Origin: Lama guanicoe | Taxonomy: Eukaryota | Direction: 5' to 3' | DNA: 64,000 nucleotides | Assembly: GCA_013239625.1 (NCBI GenBank) | Contig: MU054323.1 | Coordinates: forward strand, 20,419,082-20,483,081 | Position numbers and translations under genes: made by a program | In this document: one piece after another, positions 58,330-64,000 of the stretch | How the letters are laid out: every line of letters starts with the position of its first letter | Numbering within the stretch: position 1 is the first letter of the stretch | Notes under the pieces: model-generated | Seen by the model: the letters and a program-made list of their open reading frames with translations, nothing else | Database searches by the model: none | What the model was told of the DNA's origin: nothing

Positions 58330-60083
58330 ATGCCCTCATAGCAAAAACCTTTAGAAGCCCCAAGAACAGAGAGGCTCCTGTTATTCCTGTTGGATTCTTT
58401 TGGGCCAGAGTCCAAGTTCTGCCTCAGGCTGGTAGACCCACTTGGAGACACCCTCTTTGCCCCTGGACACATCTACTGCACAGAGCTTCCCCCCATGGGT
58501 TTGGGGAGCTGGATTGGCTGTTGAGAAGCCTTCTTCTCTGTGTGTGACCTCTCACTCTTTCCTATATGGGACTCCCCAGGGCAGGTGTTTGCCTGTCCCC
58601 CCATCACACGGGGCCTTCCGGGGCAGGGCTGGGCCTCCTTCACCAGTGGAGGGCCCTACCCCTCTCTGATCCTACAACTCTCTCCCTCCCTTGCTCCCTC
58701 CTGATTTGCTGACTCTCCTGTGGGATGTGGGATGTCTGGGCCTTTAATTTCATTTCCTTGGGCCCCTCGGCCTGGGGGCCTGGGGGCCTGGGGGCCTGGT
58801 TCTGCTGCTGACCAGCACGTAGCAGCAGGGGGCTGCTTTCCCAGACACACCTGAGAGAGCCCTTCCCACAGGGCAGAAGGACAAGCCAGGGAAGAGGTCA
58901 CGCTTGGAAAGTGTTGCTTTTTTGGCTTTCCTGCAAGTTACAAAAAATGTGGCTTTGTCTGAGCAAGTTAAAAAAGAAATCAATGCCACCTCCCACAAAT
59001 GATACCATTTCTCAGGCCCGTGGAGCCGCAGTTGGTAGACAAATAGGACATTAAAAATAGCCTTGTGTTTCCCAATCTTATGGCCTCTGGGGGCTGCAGA
59101 GAGAGGCCTTGGCTGGGCCGGGTGTTCTGGCCCATTGTCTGCCTGCTTTGGGTTAGGGGTGGGCGTGGGGGCCGTCTGTAGGCACAGCAATTCCCGGTTG
59201 GAGAGGGAGTTCTTGGCGGGGATGAGCCAGATAACACACACTTGAATGGAGTCGCTGTTTGGTGTTTATTTTTCCTTTCCCAGGCCAAGAAATAGAGCAC
59301 ACTCCATTTTGAACTTCAGTTTCCACCAGCTTTTTTTTTTCTCCCTCTGCTTTTTCCTTTTTTTTCAAAAGTGTGAGGGGAGACTGAGATACAAGGTCTT
59401 ATTTCCATCTGGGCTTGGGCCCAAGAGCCTCAACCAAAAAGTTACTTAAGTCATATTTCCATCATCTGCAGATGGCTGTGTATTTATTTCTCACCAAAGT
59501 AAAATCCCAAATGGACTGCAGATATTTGCACGAGTCAAAACTGCTTCCTCCTGGCAGGGCTGGGATGGGGCTTTGATCCTTCTGAGAAAACAGAAATGTT
59601 GGCCCCAGCCCGGCAACAATGGTGCCTTTGGGATTTCCCAGAACTACCCGAGAGCTAGGCATCGAGGGGGTGGGATGGGGGTCTCGAGGTCCAGAGGAAC
59701 TGTATCCCGGGGACTGGTACGGGGACTTTGAGAAGCAACCTCGAATGAGTGATGGGGGCAGAAATCAAAGCGGGTAGGGTCACTGAGCAGGTGACTGGCC
59801 CAGAATAACTCTTGGAGCATGGCAGACACCCTGTGAACCCTGTGAGCACAACTGTGTGCGGAGGGCAGGGCAAACTGTGGAAAATTACTCAGGGAGAAAC
59901 TGCCACTCCTGGACACAGAGCCCTGCTGTTAGGCCAGTGTCGTCTGGCCCCTGTCTCTTTCTTTGCTCCCTCTACCTCGGGGCTGAGCCTGGCACCAGGA
60001 GCCTGCCCCTGGCCTGAGCCAGGCTGGTTCAGCCCTGGGTCAGGAGGGGCAGCTCACATAGCTGCTGAGACAGGACCCCTCTC

Positions 60084-60101
60084 TGCCACCAGGGGGCGCT
60101 C
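60084..60101 (+). promoter_or_regulatory. CTCF binding motif (consensus match)
   Basis: TGCCACCAGGGGGCGCTC; the core CCACCAGGGGGCGC (60086-60099) equals the canonical CTCF core. Confidence 0.7.
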
Positions 60102-61079
60102 TCACCCCCAGGGCGGAAATCCTCTGGGAGACCCCTGTTCTCCCCAGATCCTACCTCCTGCGGACGGAGCAGGAGAGGGTTTGAGTGAGGATGGTGGGGC
60201 CTCTCCAAGCTGAGAGCTTAAGGGCTGAAGAGGAACATAAGGAACCAGACACAAGAAAACGGGAAAAGACAATGCCAAAAGCTTGCATTCTGGCCTTTTC
60301 TTCCCTCTGCCTTTTCCTGTTTCTCATTTTCATTGATGTCCAGTGTGTATTTACATTGTTTCCCTTGTTTCTTGGCTTTTGTTTTCCTCTTTTTTTTTTT
60401 TTTGGCTTCAGGTCCTTTGCAACAGGGCTGATTTCTGTAAAGTGAGCCCTAGGTTGCCATTGCCATCAGTTATAAAATCGCAGATGTGTCCCCTTGGTCA
60501 TGGGAGGGTGGGCCTGCGAACCTCCGTTTGGGAGTTGAAGGCTTTGCACAGGAACAGAGCTTACCCACGGAGGAGGCAGAAAGCTGTGAGTGCTTTTTAC
60601 CACTTCCAGAACTTTCCTGGCTTCCTCGGGGCTGTCCTTTCCACTGCCTTCTCCCAGCCCCATAGAATCCCTCTTAGCCTGGGCCCTCTTGGCATCACGC
60701 ACTGCAGGGCCTGCGTGGGACTCTGTACCCCAGAGTCTGACTTTCTGGGTGGAGGCCCCCTTGGTAAATCAGCACCCGGTGCAGGGCGCTGGGTCTGTGG
60801 TTCGGATTCTCCCTGGCTCCTCTCAATCCGGGTCAGTCGGCAGGCCCATTCCCCCACCCCAGGCCTGCCCTCTCTCCCCCACGTCTTGGCTCAGCCCTCT
60901 GTTTTGCTTTAAGACTTTCTTTCAGCAGAGCGCAGAGTTGGCCACCAGTGTCTCTGGCCTGGCCCACCTCGAAGCCTGACCCTGACTCACGGTCCTGGGT
61001 CCCGACAGGACGTGGTTCACACCGGTTTAAAAAACTCTGGACGGCAAAGTCACAAACCATCTGCACCCTCTTCTTCCGC

Positions 61080-61340
61080 TCCAGACGTTATTTATGTGTG
61101 CGGCTTTGTGCTCGTTGCTAAATGCGGCCTGTGTGAAGGCTGTTAATTAACCCTTTGAGAAATGAGCTTCCCATCAGGGCAGAGACAGGAACCAGGAACA
61201 CGTTTGTAATCAGGTAGTTAAACACCGATGATTTATCCCGCTTCAGATTAGCGGCTTAATGAAGCCAGAGGAAGGGGTAGAGGAGATGCCCTCCAAAGTG
61301 GTTTAAATAAAGCCCGTTTTGTGCACACAGATTGTCAGAA
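61080..61340. promoter_or_regulatory. Candidate enhancer with homeodomain/PBX-HOX motifs
   Basis: TTAATTAA 61143-61150, CCTTTGA, TAATCA, TGATTTAT 61229-61236, GATTAG, TTAATG in non-repeat sequence. Confidence 0.45.
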
Positions 61341-62569
61341 GGGCAGGAAATTCTAAATCACCCGTGCTCCTGGGCCTTGGTGAGGAGACAGGAGGTGTGT
61401 TTGGGAGGGAGTGGGGGCAGCAGGCCACCAAAGCCCGCCCATGGGAGGCGTGGCAGCAGACGGGGGAGATCAGGAGATGGGTACCTGCAGCTCTCCTGGT
61501 AATGAGTCGTGCGGTCACGTCATCTCTTTGGCCATCTGTAAAATGGGACCATGTCTTGCCCTGCCTTCCTCACAGGGCAGTTGGGGAGGGAGAGGAGAGG
61601 AAAGTCTGAGGTGCAGGTATCCAAAGGACGATGATGTCGAGGAGACAGACTGGGGGGTGGAGTGGGAGGTGACAAAGTAGGAGGTGGGACTTTCATTCCC
61701 AATTGCAGAGGTAGGTCTGGGGAGAGGACCTTCAAAAGTTTTCCAGAAGGGCCTCTATTCCCTCACCTGTGACTGAGGGTCATTCTAGAATCTTCACAGC
61801 TGGCTATATGATTATACTTTCCCTGATGCTGAAAACAGTCCTCCCGAAACGAGAGGCCAACTTTTGGGTTTCCCTCAGCCTTGGTTTTCCGACCCAGGAC
61901 CTATGGTTCCCCACCCTTTCCAGATGTGTGCAGGGTGGTGCTGGCTGGGGGTGGGTGGCGGAAGAGGGCAGGCAGGAAGTCCCACCGTGTCCCTGCTGGG
62001 CGTGGGGCTCGGGGATTGAGGGGGCCACCGAGACCCGTTGATATTTTTAATGGCATCTCTTTACATTCTGCACAAGGCGTGCCTAAAAAGCACCGCTGAG
62101 AGCCAGGGCGCAGACGTCTGCACTCAGCCAAGCTTCCCGTCAAAGCCGAATGAGCCCAGAAAACAAAAAAATGGCTTCACAGCTCTGAGGCTTATTTCAT
62201 CTGAAAATATTCAGAGCTGGAGAGAGAAGAGGAAAAAGAAGCGGAGTCCAGCCTGATTCCTTAGTGACTGTGTGTGTGCTTGGGGCAGGGGTAGGGGGTG
62301 ATAACTTCTTGGAGTGGCGACTTTGTCAACTTCTAAGGGCATTGTGAGGAGCAGATGAGATAAAACATAGGAAGAACAACTTCAGGAGGGGAGGCACAAA
62401 GAGTGCTCCCCCTCCCCTCTCCTCCCTCCCTCCTTCCTTCCTCCCTCTTCCACTCCTTTCTGTCCTCGCCCCCTCTATTCTCTCTCGAAGTCTCCATACC
62501 CCACCTCTGCTGCATCCCTTCATAATGGGCCCAGATTAAGCTAATCCGATAGCTTCCACCCAGACAGAC

Positions 62570-62725
62570 CAAACCCACAGGTGAGCTGAATTCAGACACC
62601 TGCATTTCAACCTGGCTCATGAACGAAGTGGAAGTGTGCGTATCCAAGTTTTCACTTAGTTATCTGCGGTTCAACAAGCTTGCAGGTGATTCCGAGGCAG
62701 GCTCAAGTCCGAGAACCACGGTTCC
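62570..62725. mobile_element. MER5-like hAT fragment
   Basis: ctgaattcagacacctgcatttcaac...gcaggtgattc...ctcaagtccgagaaccacgg. Confidence 0.5.
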
Positions 62726-63111
62726 AGAGCATGTTAGTCCTCCTCAAGCCTAGAGGTGAGGCTGGAGTGAATGATGCCCATTTCCCACTTGGAAATGGTG
62801 CCGGGAGCACTTTGCTAGGACAGACACCTGCTTTGGCCATTGCCTCCCTCTCTAGGGCCTCGAGTCACTCAGTGAGGGCCCAGAAATCCACTCTCCACTC
62901 CAGGACAGGGGAGTTAAAGCTGCCTTTGGAGAGTTTCTGTGCCCCTGGAGGTTGACTCCTGATTCCCCCTTATGGCGTGTCCACCTCCTTACTCTTGAGA
63001 TCCAGAGCATTTCTCAAATGTTTCCATCCATAGACCTCTGCCCCCAGCTCCTCAAACCTGGGGTCAGTAAAGCTACCAACATTCCCAGCAGCTTGGTTTT
63101 CCTAGCTGGCA

Positions 63112-63318
63112 GATACGTCTCAACGGAACTTTCTGTGTTGACGAAAATGTTCTGTGTCTGTGCTGCCCAGTATGGCAGCCACAAGCCACACATCCCTATC
63201 AAGCACTGGAAATGTGGCTAGAGTGGGCGAGAAACTAAAATTTTAATTTTTTTCATTTAAATTAATTTAAATTTAAATAGCCACACGTTGCTAGTGGCCA
63301 CTGCACTGGACAGGGAAG
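63112..63318. mobile_element. MER3 hAT-Charlie MITE
   Basis: gaactttctgtgttgacgaaaatgttctgtgtctgtgctgcccagtatggcagccac...ttaattt aaatttaaatagccacacgttgctagtggc...ggacag. Confidence 0.85.
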
Positions 63319-63929
63319 CTCTAGCATCTCCTTCAACGCCATTGTCTCTGAGGGCTGCCTTCCCTGCACCCTTGGCATCTGCTCCAGGCCTGCAGAATCC
63401 TGTCCCACTGCATGGAGGGAAACTGAGGCCCGAGAGAGAGAGGGTACTCTGGGATGCATAGGAAGCTGGGGTTGGAGGGGAGCTGGGATCCACCCCCTAC
63501 TCCGCCTTCCAGCCCAGGCCTTGGGCCAACAGCCCCATCGGACCCTGGCCTCCGGCCGAGGTGTGGGAAGTTGAGTGTGATGAAACCCAAGCCCCCTTGG
63601 CTGGCGCCCAGCTGTGGTTTCACACTTGAGCTGCGGAGTTGGGCGGAGGCGGCTGGAGAGGACCGTCAGAGGATGGGAATTCGGGTGGCCTGGCCAGCAG
63701 GCCCTGTGAGCAGGAGAAGTCCCAAGGGGGTTTCCAGGCCGAGCAGGTTGCCAGATTCTCTGGGTGCCTCTTGGCGGCTGAGGGCCCTGCTGTGGGGAGC
63801 AACAGAGAAGGGACAATGGAGATGGTGAATGGGTGTGTGTGACTGTGTGCCGTGTGTGTGTGTGTGCACGTGCATGCATGCGTGCAGGGGTGTGATGGCA
63901 CCAGCTCACTCTACCTTCACCGCCATTTC

Positions 63930-64000
63930 CACCCGCAACAGAATTTGCGGGGCCCAGTGCAAAATAAAAATGCGGAGCCCCTTGCTCAAAAACTATGAAA
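63930..64000. mobile_element. MER53-like hAT element, truncated by window end
   Basis: aatttgcggggcccagtgcaaaataaaaatgcggagccccttgctcaaaaa. Confidence 0.65.

Noticed and set aside
63262..63909. 215-aa minus-strand ORF
   Set aside because: Starts in a (CA)n-type repeat and ends in MER3. A chance ORF in GC-rich DNA.

Overview
Mammalian non-coding DNA, most likely from a camelid (camel, alpaca or vicuna). The only young SINEs are four tRNA-Ala-derived copies of the Vic-1 type, and I see no Alu, B1/B2, Bov-tA, PRE-1 or CanSINE. I recognise no intact protein-coding exon, RNA gene or CRISPR array, and I cannot name the locus. It looks like a GC-rich gene desert or a very large intron. It carries many ancient eutherian repeats (MIR, L2, L1M, MLT1/MaLR LTRs, hAT MERs), interspersed with AT-rich, homeobox-motif-dense islands that look like developmental enhancers. 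The most structured object is a ~3.6 kb decayed class I (gamma-like) endogenous retrovirus at ~17720-21300: LTR, gag-MA, MER58A, integrase, env-TM, PPT, LTR. Its gag-CA/PR/RT/RNaseH block is missing exactly where an hAT transposon sits. Other notable items are a consensus CTCF site (60086-60099), a candidate 30-nt frame-preserving microexon (60412-60441), a 40-bp minisatellite and a tailless tRNA-Ala-like SINE head. Repeat families were assigned from remembered consensus motifs, not from a RepeatMasker run, and their boundaries are approximate. I found no convincing evidence of a novel biological system.
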